DNA from: Carpediemonas membranifera BICM
Lineage: Eukaryota > Protista > Fornicata
Assembly: GCA_019828565.1 (NCBI GenBank)
Contig: JAHDYR010000066.1
Span: 310,001 to 374,000 of the forward strand
Length of the DNA stretch: 64,000 nucleotides
Direction of reading: 5' to 3'
The notes beneath the pieces are model-generated. The model saw only the letters and a program-made list of their open reading frames with translations, searched no databases and was not told the origin of the DNA. A program made the translations under genes and the position numbers. This document shows, one piece after another, positions 38,547-49,149 of the stretch; the stretch's first letter is position 1, and each line of letters starts with the position of its first letter.

Positions 38547-40268
38547 TCACGCCGACCAGACCTTCACCGTCCCATCGCTGCTGGCCGTGTACACGATCGT
38601 CCGGCGCCCGTCCGAGAACGTCCGGACCGCGTTCACCATGTCAACATGCGGGGACCCGTCCAGCGTGCTGATCGACGTCTGCTCGCCCTCTAGGTTTAGG
38701 ATCCGGATCTCGTTGGCGTTGCTGCCGCAGATGACCGACTTGCCGGTCGGGTCGGTGTCAATCGAGTTGACGCTGTGGCCAGCCTGCGATGTCGGGTATG
38801 CGACTGGTGGGATCGTGTCGAGTGGCGTCTTAGTGGCGCGGATGTCATGCACGGCGACAAACCCGGCGGCGTCGCACGAGAAGAGCCGCTCGCCGTCAGG
38901 GGAAAAGACGGCGTCGTTGACGGCAGCGCTGTGCATCATGGTCTGGACGCAGTTGGCGTCGACGCGAGGGTCCCAGATGGACACTGAGTTGTCGGCAGAC
39001 GCCGTGCAGAAGAGGTTGCTGAGCGGCCGGAAACGGACCGAGTTGACGGCGTCCGTGTGGCCGTGGAAGGCGTAGTTCTTGCCCTCGACGTCCCACAGCC
39101 GCACAGTCTTCATCCCCGCAGTCAGGAAGTAGTCGCCCGAGTGGTGGAACGCAGACGCCCACACCGGGGCCTCCTCCGTCGCCAGGACTTGCCCCGTGCA
39201 CCCGCCCGCCCCCACCGACCAGGCCATGACGCGGTTGTCCCCGCCGCCCGTCGTGACGACCGTGCCCTGGGCGTTGTCGAAGGACATCGAGACGGACGAC
39301 AGCCAGTCCGTATGGCCGTGCCCGACGACGAGAGGGTCGTCGCTGCCGCCGGGGTTGCCGTCGAACATCTTCCACGTGCCGTCGTTGCCCGCGGTGAGCA
39401 CGAGGACGTCGTGTCCGTTGTTGCAGATGGGGAAGAGTCCGTTCACCCCGCCCTCGTGCGCCTGGATCGTGCGGACACAGCGGAAGCCCTCCACAGCGAC
39501 GCGGTCCTTCTCTTTGGCCTCATCCCACAGCTGGAGCAGCAGGTCCTCCTCATCACCGGCCAGGGTCAGCGTCAGGCCCTTGCTCGGGCGGGCCCGGAGA
39601 GTCGTGCGCTCCCTCGTCGTCCCAGCCAGCGTGCGGGGCTGGGGCGTGGCGGCCTTGGTCTCCGAGAACGCCTTGAGCTTATCAACGATGCGGTCCCGCT
39701 CTAGCTTTGTCACCGACTTTTCCTTCATGGCCGTCACGTAGCGCTTCTTCATCTCTTTCACAGCCGGTTCGTACCGTGCCAAGTGTGTCTCCAGCTTCTT
39801 CATGTCCGATGTAAGTTTCCTGTTCTCCTGGTCGACGGCGCTTCTGTTGGACGAGTAGGCATCCTTGTCCCGGTCCAGGGCGGTGTATGTGCGTGCTGCC
39901 TCACGGACGTCCTTCTTCAGACGGTCCATCTCCTTCGTCATCGCTGTGATCCGCTTCTCCAGGGCCTTGTTCTGGGCGTAGACGTCCCGCAGCGAGCTCT
40001 CGTCCTGCAATGGGGCATGCTCCACGGTGCCATGGCTGTCCTGGGAGAAGTACCACTCCTTCTGGAAGAGCTCAAGAGTGCGGGCCATGTTGTTGCGGCT
40101 TAGGAAGTTGCGAATGAAGTCGTCGATAGTTTCAGGCTTGCGCTCCATCTTGATGGGCCCTGGGCCAGCAGACACCGGCGATGGCGCTTTGCGCTCTGAA
40201 TCGTCACTCTCGCTGAGAGCGGATACATCGATATATTCGTATTCGCTCAGTTCAGAATCGCTCTGCAT
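38547..40268 (-). CDS. SPAG16: PF20/SPAG16 central-pair WD40 protein
   Basis: PETIDDFIRNFL...M..TLE.FQ.EWY, YVTAMKEK...LERD, then WD40 repeats (GHTDW, GHTDAVNSV). Confidence 0.88.
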   Translation of the reverse strand: MQSDSELSEYEYIDVSALSESDDSERKAPSPVSAGPGPIKMERKPETIDDFIRNFLSRNNMARTLELFQKEWYFSQDSHGTVEHAPLQDESSLRDVYAQNKALEKRITAMTKEMDRLKKDVREAARTYTALDRDKDAYSSNRSAVDQENRKLTSDMKKLETHLARYEPAVKEMKKRYVTAMKEKSVTKLERDRIVDKLKAFSETKAATPQPRTLAGTTRERTTLRARPSKGLTLTLAGDEEDLLLQLWDEAKEKDRVAVEGFRCVRTIQAHEGGVNGLFPICNNGHDVLVLTAGNDGTWKMFDGNPGGSDDPLVVGHGHTDWLSSVSMSFDNAQGTVVTTGGGDNRVMAWSVGAGGCTGQVLATEEAPVWASAFHHSGDYFLTAGMKTVRLWDVEGKNYAFHGHTDAVNSVRFRPLSNLFCTASADNSVSIWDPRVDANCVQTMMHSAAVNDAVFSPDGERLFSCDAAGFVAVHDIRATKTPLDTIPPVAYPTSQAGHSVNSIDTDPTGKSVICGSNANEIRILNLEGEQTSISTLDGSPHVDMVNAVRTFSDGRRTIVYTASSDGTVKVWSA

Positions 40269-40710
40269 CGTTTTGCGGCAAACCTGCACCTGGTAATTTC
40301 CGGGCTTTGGCGTCGAGCACAGGGGCGACGACCCCCCTTGCTGCGGAAATATCGGTAGTTTTACCGATTCGCCTCTTTCAGCATCTGCCTGCGTCGTCCT
40401 ACCGTTGTACAGGCTGCCCCCTGCCCCAGCTGGAGGCAACAACTGACAGTGGAGTGACGGCGCGTAGCATACAGTTCGCTGACCCCATGCATCCAGCTAG
40501 CCGCTAGCCGCCCAGGTGCGACTCGACCGACTGCAAGCCATGATTGTCAGCCAACAACGCGCTGATGGTTCATTGAAGCCACTTGCATGTTGAATCAGCC
40601 CATCATGTGGACTCTACACGGTATTCAAGGTGTACAGTTTAGCTGCCATAAAAAGTCGCCACTGTAAAGGCATACGAGCCAAGGCTGCATTAGCACGCCC
40701 ACTTTCAGCT

Positions 40711-41649
40711 ATGAACTCCTCACTATCTTACGAACATCTTATGGAGGATAATACCAACCAATTTCTGCCCCCGTATCTCCCTTTCAGCGCTCCCATCGAG
40801 TTTCCGCTGCACGACGAGGCTCCTGACTTCCAACTCCAGCAACCCCTCGACCTCAACGTCCACTCCGCCGGAGAGATACCCCCATACCGCCCGGATCAAC
40901 CAATGCCGGTGTTCGATGTGTCTGACATCAACGTCGAGGAGCTGATCAACTCTTACGAATACTTCCACATGCTGTGCGCCGAGGGAAAGGACAACGTGGC
41001 CAAGCGCAGGCCTCCTGGTCGACGCCCAGACAGCGCAGGGCACGCCCGGTCGCTTTCCGTCGGGTCAGCCCCGGGCATCCCGTTCGACCCGTTCTCCTCC
41101 CCCGACTCCGCCACACGGTCGCTAGGGACCCGCCCCCGCAGCAACAGCGGCAACGGACGGCGGCAATGCGCTGCTTTCAGACGCAACGGCGGCCCTGGCA
41201 TCAAGCGCGGCATGTTCTGTGCCTGCCGGGAGTGCTGTAACCCGATGACGAACCCGGAGCGGAAGTCGCCCTACTGCAGCTCGCAGTGCCAGACACGAGA
41301 GCAGAACCTGAGACAGAGCCGGGTCAAGCCCAACAGGGATCAAATCAAGGCGAAGCGGTGCATGCTCGACGGCCTGCTGGCGCTGTTCAAAATCCAGAAG
41401 ACTCAGATCCTGCCAGAACGCACGCCGTCGCCCTCCGACCTCGCCTCCCCCGCCACGAACTATGCCGAGATCCCCCGACCCCCGATGCCAGTCAACCTCG
41501 GGTCGGGCATCGGCGGGCCTGGAGACTCGGTGTGCCGGCCCATGTCCCTGCAGTCGCTGCTAAACGACGACGGACTGATGGGGCTCGGGGGCAGCCAAGT
41601 GGCGGATGAGTACCGGATGCTCCAGGGAGGCGGGCGGAACCAGGCTTAG
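40711..41649 (+). CDS. Hypothetical Cys-cluster protein, possible transcription factor
   Basis: CACRECC...YCSSQC.TREQNLRQSRVK within a low-complexity acidic/Pro-rich protein. Confidence 0.55.
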   Translation: MNSSLSYEHLMEDNTNQFLPPYLPFSAPIEFPLHDEAPDFQLQQPLDLNVHSAGEIPPYRPDQPMPVFDVSDINVEELINSYEYFHMLCAEGKDNVAKRRPPGRRPDSAGHARSLSVGSAPGIPFDPFSSPDSATRSLGTRPRSNSGNGRRQCAAFRRNGGPGIKRGMFCACRECCNPMTNPERKSPYCSSQCQTREQNLRQSRVKPNRDQIKAKRCMLDGLLALFKIQKTQILPERTPSPSDLASPATNYAEIPRPPMPVNLGSGIGGPGDSVCRPMSLQSLLNDDGLMGLGGSQVADEYRMLQGGGRNQA

Positions 41650-41777
41650 AGCGAATTGCACATACTCGAATAAACCAAGACGGAAGAAGCCGGTGGCTGG
41701 ATGAGTAAAGTTTGGCTGAGCCAAAAATGACGTCCGTAAGCTGCACTTTTTGGCAATCAGAAAATTTGTCATCCACA

Positions 41778-44700
41778 TGGCTGACGAAAGCGAGACGAAT
41801 GCTGCCAGCAAGATAAGTGACGAAATCTTGGCCAACATCATCAGCTTTGAGCCCACGAAGCGGAAGGTTGCGGCTACTGACGATATTCCGAGCTACAATA
41901 GCATGAAGAACGCAATTCTCAGCTGGTTTAGTCTTCTGAATCACTCTATGAACCACATTATGTTTGCTAGCAAGTGTGTGGACAAGATGGTGGCGAATCC
42001 CGAAGTTTCATCGCTCCTTGCCCGCCTCACTCACTTTGCCGAGCGGCTCCAGGGCGTCATGCCGTCGCTGAACAAGCTTCTACTGTCCCCATCCGGTGTG
42101 CTCCACCACACCATGATCAACTCGATCTCTCACTTCATCTACCTGTACTCCTCCGTCGTCGGCAAGCTCCTTACCAACGAGGCCGGCGAGAAGGCCGACG
42201 CACTGGAGCTCCTCGATGCTACTGAGATCAACAAGACCTGTGACAACATGGAGAGCACGCTGCTCGAGCTGACGAAGCTCATCATCTTCATCCCCGTCAC
42301 CGACACCGAGGTCGCCGCAGACCACGAGAGCGAGGCGATCACTGGCGTCACGTACGAACGCCCCGGGCACATCGTCAACAGCGCTTTCATCAAGGCCATT
42401 AGCGCCTTCTTCAAGGAGCCTGAGGACGCTGCCGCCCGCATTGACGTCAGTACCCTGGTTGCCACCGGCCCCGTCGCGATCAAGTACGTCTACGTACGCA
42501 GAGCAAAGGCGTATGTCCGCCTCAGCGCTGACGGCACACTCATGGACACCATCTCCGACGCCGACGTCGTGCCCCTCTGTGCCCACCGGCCGGCCGACTC
42601 TGTTGACCTGAATCTGACCGACTTCGCCCGGAATATCACCGTGAAGATGGCGCCCGAGGAGCTCGAGGGCCTTGTGTTTGAGGTCGAGAAACCCCTCGCG
42701 ATGCTGAGCCGGCTCCGGGATATGCTGCTTCCCATCCAGCAGCGCCTGCTCGCCGTTGAGGAGGAGGACGATGCCGAGGCCGAGAACAACGAGGAGACCG
42801 AGGACGCCGACGACTCGTCCTCCAGCTCATCCAGCTCGTCGAGCTCCGACGACGAGGCCGACGAGCCCGCCAAGGCCGAGGAGGAGGACGCTGGCAAGAA
42901 GTACCCCATGCCCCTCCCTCTTCTCGAGACCCCCATCGAGCTGGATCTCACCAAGGAGTTCATCAGCGCCCCGCCCACGGCACAGTGGGCCAACGTCTTC
43001 ATCGGCATCACGGTGCCCGGACGCGGGCTCCGGTACCTTGGGGCTGAGCGCGATGAGAAGGTCGGCAAGATCGTCTGGACCCCTAAGATCGTCGGGGAGA
43101 AGTCCCGCCGCGCCTTTACCGTGTGCAAGCACGACTCGATGTGGAGCTTCTCCTTCGACGAGACCCAGGGCAAGCCCGAGAAGCGGAAGCGCGTGTTCCT
43201 CTCATTCGGCGAGAGACCCCGCGGTACATGGGCCCTCGAGCGGTTTGACTCGGACAAGGCTGCTGGCGGCCGTATTCTGTTCGAGCCCGTCGACATTGCT
43301 GGCAAGAACTCCGGCGTGGCCCTGACTCGCTGGCTGAAGGTTGCCGCATCCTCCACCACCAAGCGCCGCGTTGGCCAGAAGGTGCAGCTGCTGCCGACTG
43401 GACCCGACAGCACCGAGTTCATGCTCGCCGTCGACCCCCAGTGGTCTCTCAACGACGTCGCCGAGTTCCGGTTTATCCAGAGCACGACGCTCACCCCTCA
43501 GCCTGAGGCCGTCGCCCTCGCTGAGGTCATCAAGGCGCTCGACCTCACCATCGTCCCCCAGCGTTCTTCTCTCATCCGACTGAACGAGCACCTCACGAAG
43601 CTCGGCGCCCCCGACCCCTTGCCCATGCCCCCGCCGCCCCCGGAGCCCGAGGAAGAGCAGGCCGAGCAGACCGGTGAGGCTGAAGGTGAGTCGACCGAGC
43701 CCGTTGCCGAGCCCGAGGAGGCGGCTGAGACGCCCATGCCTGAGACCCCAGCCCCGCGCGCAGCCTTCGCCGAGCCCGAGTCCTCGCCAGCCCTGCCCCG
43801 CCCCGCGGATGAGCTCGAGGACACCGGAGCTAAGTCTCCCACCCGCGGCCGAGGGGGCGCCAAGTCGCCCTCAAAGAAGCGCCAAGCTGCCACTTCCAGG
43901 CTTGGCAAGACCGGCCCTGTAGTCGGCCGTGCGACACCCTACGGAAAGCTCAAGAAGGAGGCCCCCAAGGAGCCCACGCTTCGTGCCATCCCAGTGGATC
44001 CACTGCTGAAGGCTTCAGACGCATTCAAGGCCTCCCTGCCCATCCCCGAGATGGCCCGCATCCCCGGGGTGATTGCCCGCCCCAACGAGGAGGAGCACAA
44101 GCACCGCGACGTCCAGCTGGAGCTGGAGTCGTGGTTTACGATGAACAAGGCCGCCCTCCAATCTGACACACTCGCCACGGTCATCGTCGAGCGGGAGATC
44201 GACTGGGAGGAGAACGACCGCATCCTCATCAAGGGCATGCATCTCACTTCTGCCGAGTGGACGGACGACTTCGCCGTGTACGTCTCCCTCGAGGAGTGTA
44301 CCAGAGCGCGCCTGGTCGACCGCTTCACCGAGCCCGAGCCCGAGATCAAGGAGGAGGAGCCCGAGGCTGAGGCTGAGAAGACCTCGTCTGAGGCTGCCTC
44401 CGAGGACAAGCCCGAGGAGGACAAGTCGGAGGAGGACAAGCCCGCTGAGGGCGAGGAGGCCGAGAAGACAGAGGACAAGCCCGCCAACGATACCGACGCG
44501 ACCGAGGAGACCAAGCCGGCCGACGAGAACGCCGAGGAGGCCGAGCCAGAGCCGCCAGTGCCAAAGCACCATCCCGACTGGCTTCAGGGGACACCCGAGG
44601 CGATTGACGGCCTCAGGGCGGCGATGGAGTCCGGCCTGCTCGTCCTTGCCGTCCGCCGCGTGATGAAGCAGGGCGAGCAGGATGTGGCGCACTACATGTT

Positions 44701-44842
44701 CGTGCCATGCCGTCAGTTCGACATGGAGGTGATGAAGCAGAACGAGGACTTCCACTACGGACTACTGACCGATATCCTGTCGAACCTGGCGTGGAGGGTT
44801 GAGACCATGCCTGAGGAGGGCGTAGAGGCTGAGGCTGAGTAA
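41778..44842 (+). CDS. Large acidic hypothetical protein
   Basis: ~1020-aa ORF with strong host codon bias and E/P-rich linkers; no family recognised. Confidence 0.7.
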
Positions 44843-45196
44843 CGCATTGCTGCCGTAAATTGTATTTATTGTCGACGCAGGCGGATGGTCAGGCGAGGGC
44901 GGCCGATCAATGGAATCCTTGTCAGTCGAGCCCTCGGATTTGAAGGTTGTCGCACCACTAGACGATATTGGAGCGTCCTCCAGCATCGCCATGGTGTCGT
45001 GGTGGCGTTGTTGGTTGTAGATTACGAAAAAGATTTGATACTTGCAAACGGCTGACGGTCGAGGGCCCGGCTCTCTCGAGCATGCCTGACTCTCCTTGGT
45101 CCCCCTAATCACGATCGACTGCTGATCACAAATTGTGTTGACAAATCTTGACTTCGTGGGACTCACTTGCAAGAGCAAACGAAGAGTAGGACAAGA

Positions 45197-46453
45197 ATGG
45201 CCAACGAAGGACATGACGTTATTAAGGCTTCCACCAGCGAGAGAACCGCCGGAATGGAGAAAATAAGGTCAATTTTGGCCGAGCTTAAGGAGCTCAACAT
45301 CGACCTATACAACAAGGACTGGCTTCGCACGTGGGATATGACCCAGGACCAGATTGAGGGCACTGCCAAGATCGCCCTTGCTCTCGAGGCTCTCTACAAG
45401 GAGAACATCGACTGCCGCGTCTTCCAGAACGGCTCTCTCGGTGTTTCGCAGTTCCGTGATAACTCCACGCGTACTCGCTTCTCCTTTGCCTCCGCTGCCG
45501 CTCTCCTCGGCCTCCAGGTCCAGGACTTCGACGACACCAAGTCCCAGGCTGCTCACGGCGAGACTGTCCGCGAGGGCGCCAACATGATCTCTTTCCTCAC
45601 CGAGTGCATCGGCATCCGCGACGACAAGTTCGTCGGCGAAGGCCACGAATTCCAGGTTGAGACCGCCGAGGCTGTCCAGGAGGGCTTCGACGCCGGTGTG
45701 CTTCACCAGCGCCCCTCTATCGTCAACCTGCAGTGCGACCAGGACCACCCCACCCAGGCCATGTGCGACCTCCTCCACTTCGCCAAGACCTACGGTGGCC
45801 TCGACAAGCTCAAGGGCAAGAAGATCGCCATGACATGGGCCTACTCCCCCGCCTACGGCAAGCCCCTCTCCGTCCCCCAGTCCATCATCGCCCTCATGAC
45901 CCGCTTCGGCATGGACGTCCGTCTCGCCCACCCCGAGGGCTACGACCTCCTCCCCGAGACCATCGAGGTTGCCAAGAAGCACGCCGAGGAGTCTGGCGGC
46001 AAGTTCACCGTCTCCCACTCCATGGACGAGGCCTTCAAGGACGCCGACATCGTCTACCCCAAGAGCTGGCTCGGCTACAACTTCGCCGTTGAGCGCACTG
46101 AGCTCCTCCGCAAGGGCGGCAAGGACTTCCAGGAGAAGCTCGGCGAGCTCGAGAAGCGCCTTCTCGAGGGCAACAAGAAGCACATCGACTGGGAGTGCAC
46201 CGAGGAGCGCATGAAGCTGTGCGCCCCCGACGCTCAGTGGTGCCACTGCCTCCCCTGCGATACCACCGGCCTGAACTGCGAGCACGGCGAGGTTGACATC
46301 CCCACTTTCGAGAAGTTCCGCGTGAACTCCTGGAACGAGGCCGGCAACAAGCCCTGGGCCATCGCTGCCATGATCCTCGCCACCCGCTTCAAGGACCCCG
46401 CCGCTACCCTCGAGAAGATCATCGAGCGCGATGCTAAGCGCCGCCTCGATTAA
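45197..46453 (+). CDS. ygeW: Knotted carbamoyltransferase, YgeW type
   Basis: FRDNSTRTRFS, HGETVRE, NLQCDQDHPTQ, KKIAMTWAYSPAYGKPLSVPQ, DADIVYPKSW, HCLP are YgeW signatures. The carbamoyl-phosphate motif DNSTRT differs from OTC. Start may be 45254. Confidence 0.9.
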   Translation: MANEGHDVIKASTSERTAGMEKIRSILAELKELNIDLYNKDWLRTWDMTQDQIEGTAKIALALEALYKENIDCRVFQNGSLGVSQFRDNSTRTRFSFASAAALLGLQVQDFDDTKSQAAHGETVREGANMISFLTECIGIRDDKFVGEGHEFQVETAEAVQEGFDAGVLHQRPSIVNLQCDQDHPTQAMCDLLHFAKTYGGLDKLKGKKIAMTWAYSPAYGKPLSVPQSIIALMTRFGMDVRLAHPEGYDLLPETIEVAKKHAEESGGKFTVSHSMDEAFKDADIVYPKSWLGYNFAVERTELLRKGGKDFQEKLGELEKRLLEGNKKHIDWECTEERMKLCAPDAQWCHCLPCDTTGLNCEHGEVDIPTFEKFRVNSWNEAGNKPWAIAAMILATRFKDPAATLEKIIERDAKRRLD

Positions 46454-46651
46454 GAAGCAGAACGGATACGAATAAAACGCCGCCTGTGTTAACGCGTGGG
46501 GTGGCCCTGACAGGCCGAATGCGGATATGTGGCAGGGGACCTTTATCTGGGCGTCAGACCATGTGGTAGGGAGCTCCTATCGCTGCGCCGTCCGGGCACC
46601 CGCCAGAGACCGAGTCGCGGAGTCGTTTCGCCAGAGGCCGAGAACAGCTGA

Positions 46652-46912
46652 ATGGGCATTAGTTTCAAGGGTTTCTACTACAGCGACAAGTACGACGACG
46701 ATACGTACGAATACCGCCATATCATCGTCCCCGAGGAGCTCCAAAAGCGCCTTCCCCGTAACCGGTCCGTTTCTATACATTAGAGCTCACACAGTCTTCT
46801 TTCAGAGAGCGAATGGAGAGGTCTCGGCATCCAGCAGTCTGTGGGTTGGGAGCACTACGCCTGGCACAACCCCGAGCCCCACGTGCTTCTTTTCCGCCGC
46901 GCCAAGGCGTAA
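46652..46912 (+). CDS. CKS1: Cyclin-dependent kinase regulatory subunit Cks1, one intron (46765-46794)
   Basis: Spliced: [76 protein letters not shown]. Not present intact in the ORF track. Confidence 0.93.
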
Positions 46913-47149
46913 GAGGCAGCACCTATGCCTCGCTGGCGGTCCACTTGAAGCGGACAGTCGTTCTTTGCCCTAATACTGGCGGCATTGTTATAAATCCTCC
47001 TTTTCCAACCGATTTGAGACCCCAGAAAGGCTGACTGAGTTGAGGTGAGCAGTCTCGTGTACATGCCATACAGCGGCCCATGCTATGCTAGCGAGCAGGA
47101 GGGCGCAAGTGAGCGAAGCACGCATGTGCGGGCTAAAGCTGCGAAACCG

Positions 47150-49149
47150 TGTTCAGTTTACCTTGAGAGTGATATTTCGATAGTCAGTCATCATCGTCGG
47201 GGGTCATCAATCAGTGCTTCTCCAGTCCAGCCGGTAGTCCAGTACTTTCACACTTGCCTTCTGTCATACATCGCCGCGTGTTGCCACCACGCCAATCTCT
47301 CCTTGCCAGTGCATGACCAGGCTCTGCACCAGGCCATCGCTATCGTCGCCTACCGACGAAGTGGAGAGTACCGAAACCTCGCCGCCGACTCACTCGTCGA
47401 CCGCTTCCTGGGCGCGAAAAATACGCCGCAGTTCGGCAGGTTGTCACCTCAATAGCCGAGATGCCACTGTGGCATGACGAGTTCATCATTCGCCTCTGCA
47501 CCGCCCTCAGGGCAGCTCGTCAACAGTGCCCTCGCGAGTTCGACGTGTGGCTGGGCGAATATGCCACGAGCACCAAGCTGGCTCGTCAATGCCCTTGAAG
47601 GTTACTGCTGGCGCCTGGCGAAGATCATCACTCGGGTCGACACTGCCCTGACTCAGCGTGATCCAGACGTGCCCCGGGACGACATCACCCGGTTGCGCAC
47701 CGAACAACGCGCTGTCAAGGCGATCGTTGATGAGCACCTTGCAAAGATCTCAACTCCGGGACGAGTCGACGAGGGCGTTCTACTCACGCTGCCCTGCGTC
47801 TGGCGGATCTCCGCGGCTCTGGGAGAGCTCACGGATATGGTTGCGGCATTCAACACCGCCCATCCACCTCTTCCGGGTGACAAGCCGCTGGCTGGCCCCA
47901 AGCTTGTTCCGCTTGTCCCGATGGCTCCGGTCCGCCCCGGGTTCATGCACGTTCCCTGTTCTCTCAACGTGCTGAACCCGGCTTGGCTTGCCCAACTTGG
48001 GGTCGACCCGGAGCATCACGCCACTGAGCGCATGACGCGAGAGCAGCTGGAGGCTCTTCCTCCGAACATCCGTCGGGTGCTGTCTGTCAAGACAGATGGG
48101 GTCGCCGTGGACCTCACGGTCCAAGTTGGTGCTCTGCCATACGTCAGCAGACGTGCCAGTGGCAACCCGACGATGAAGCGAAAGGTTCGGGAGCGTCTGG
48201 GTGTGGATGACGCAGATGCTCGCCCCGCGCCAGACCCCGATGCCCACCTCATGGGTTTCGACCCGGGTGCTCGGGCTCTGGGTGGATTCTTCATCCGCCA
48301 CCCAGATGGCACCACCAGCTCCGGTGTGGTCCCGAAGTGTGGGTACACCAAGACCCCCAGCTTCGCGTTCGATATAACTCCTGCGTCATTCAAAAGTACA
48401 AATCTAGATAGTCTACAAAACTCGATTAGGTTTGTGCTCCTCCACGAGCAGGAAATATTCGACGCTGGGATGGTCAAGAGCTTCCACAGAGTGCGCCTGA
48501 CGAACCACATCTTGCGTCAAAAGCACTTCCACAGAGCTGGGGAGCAGCTTGCTCGCACCCTAGGATTGACTCCTCGGCGACTCCCTCGCGGTATTGCCCC
48601 TCCCCGGGCAGCCCCCACCAGGCTGGTTGTCTTCTACGGAAGCGCTAGATTCAAGACGCCCCGTCGGGTGCATCCATGCGCGCCGTATGGTCGCTTTGCA
48701 AAAGCACTACCACACATCATGAGAGCTTTCAACATCACTGCTGAAGTGCGGATGACTAACGAGTTCCGAACCTCACTCGTCTGCCCCTTCTGCCGCGCGA
48801 GGTTCCGTAGAACTCGCTACACGAGGCGCACGATGCGATGCCACAACCCGAATTATCAAGGTGCTCCATGGTACAGACAGCAACGCCTCAATTCCGATCC
48901 TACTACATCCACTTGGCTCAATCTCTCCCACAGAGACAAGACTGCTGCACAGAACATCTTGGATTGCGGCCTCATGACGGATGCATAGTATCAAGCCAGT
49001 GCTTTCAGAAATCCAAGACCTCCAGCCCGTCTTCCCAACTATAACCCCAATACACCAATTACGGCTAACCAGCCGCTAGTCTTCGCCTCCGGGCAAGCTA
49101 ATTGAAGTGGAGAGACGCAGTGCTTGCACTGTGCACTCTATGATACTTC
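47150..49149 (+). mobile_element. Fanzor1-carrying non-autonomous element, copy 2
   Basis: Paralog of 19278-20909 inserted between CKS1 and a PSI-domain gene; no transposase. Ends approximate. Confidence 0.55.
47474..48988 (+). pseudogene. Fanzor1-type RuvC endonuclease, probably decayed (coding remnants span ~47200-49105)
   Basis: SVKTDGVAV, GFDPG (D 48260-62), VFYG, NEFRTSLVCPFC (E 48761-63), HRDKTAAQNI (D 48935-37). Lesions: 2-nt deletion at ~47579, fourth Zn-finger Cys replaced by Tyr, early TAG at 48986. Confidence 0.8.

Noticed and set aside
47170-47198. Possible degenerate direct repeat around Fanzor copy 2 (tgatatttcgatagtcagtcatc vs 49141 tgatacttcatgttcatcac)
   Set aside because: It needs several gaps and is too weak to separate from chance by eye.
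48986-48988. TAG read-through or the hexamitid TAR=Gln genetic code to explain internal stops in Fanzor copy 2
   Set aside because: Conserved host genes here end at TAA and TAG at their expected C-termini (CKS1, CFAP298, TAP42, SNF8), so the standard code applies.
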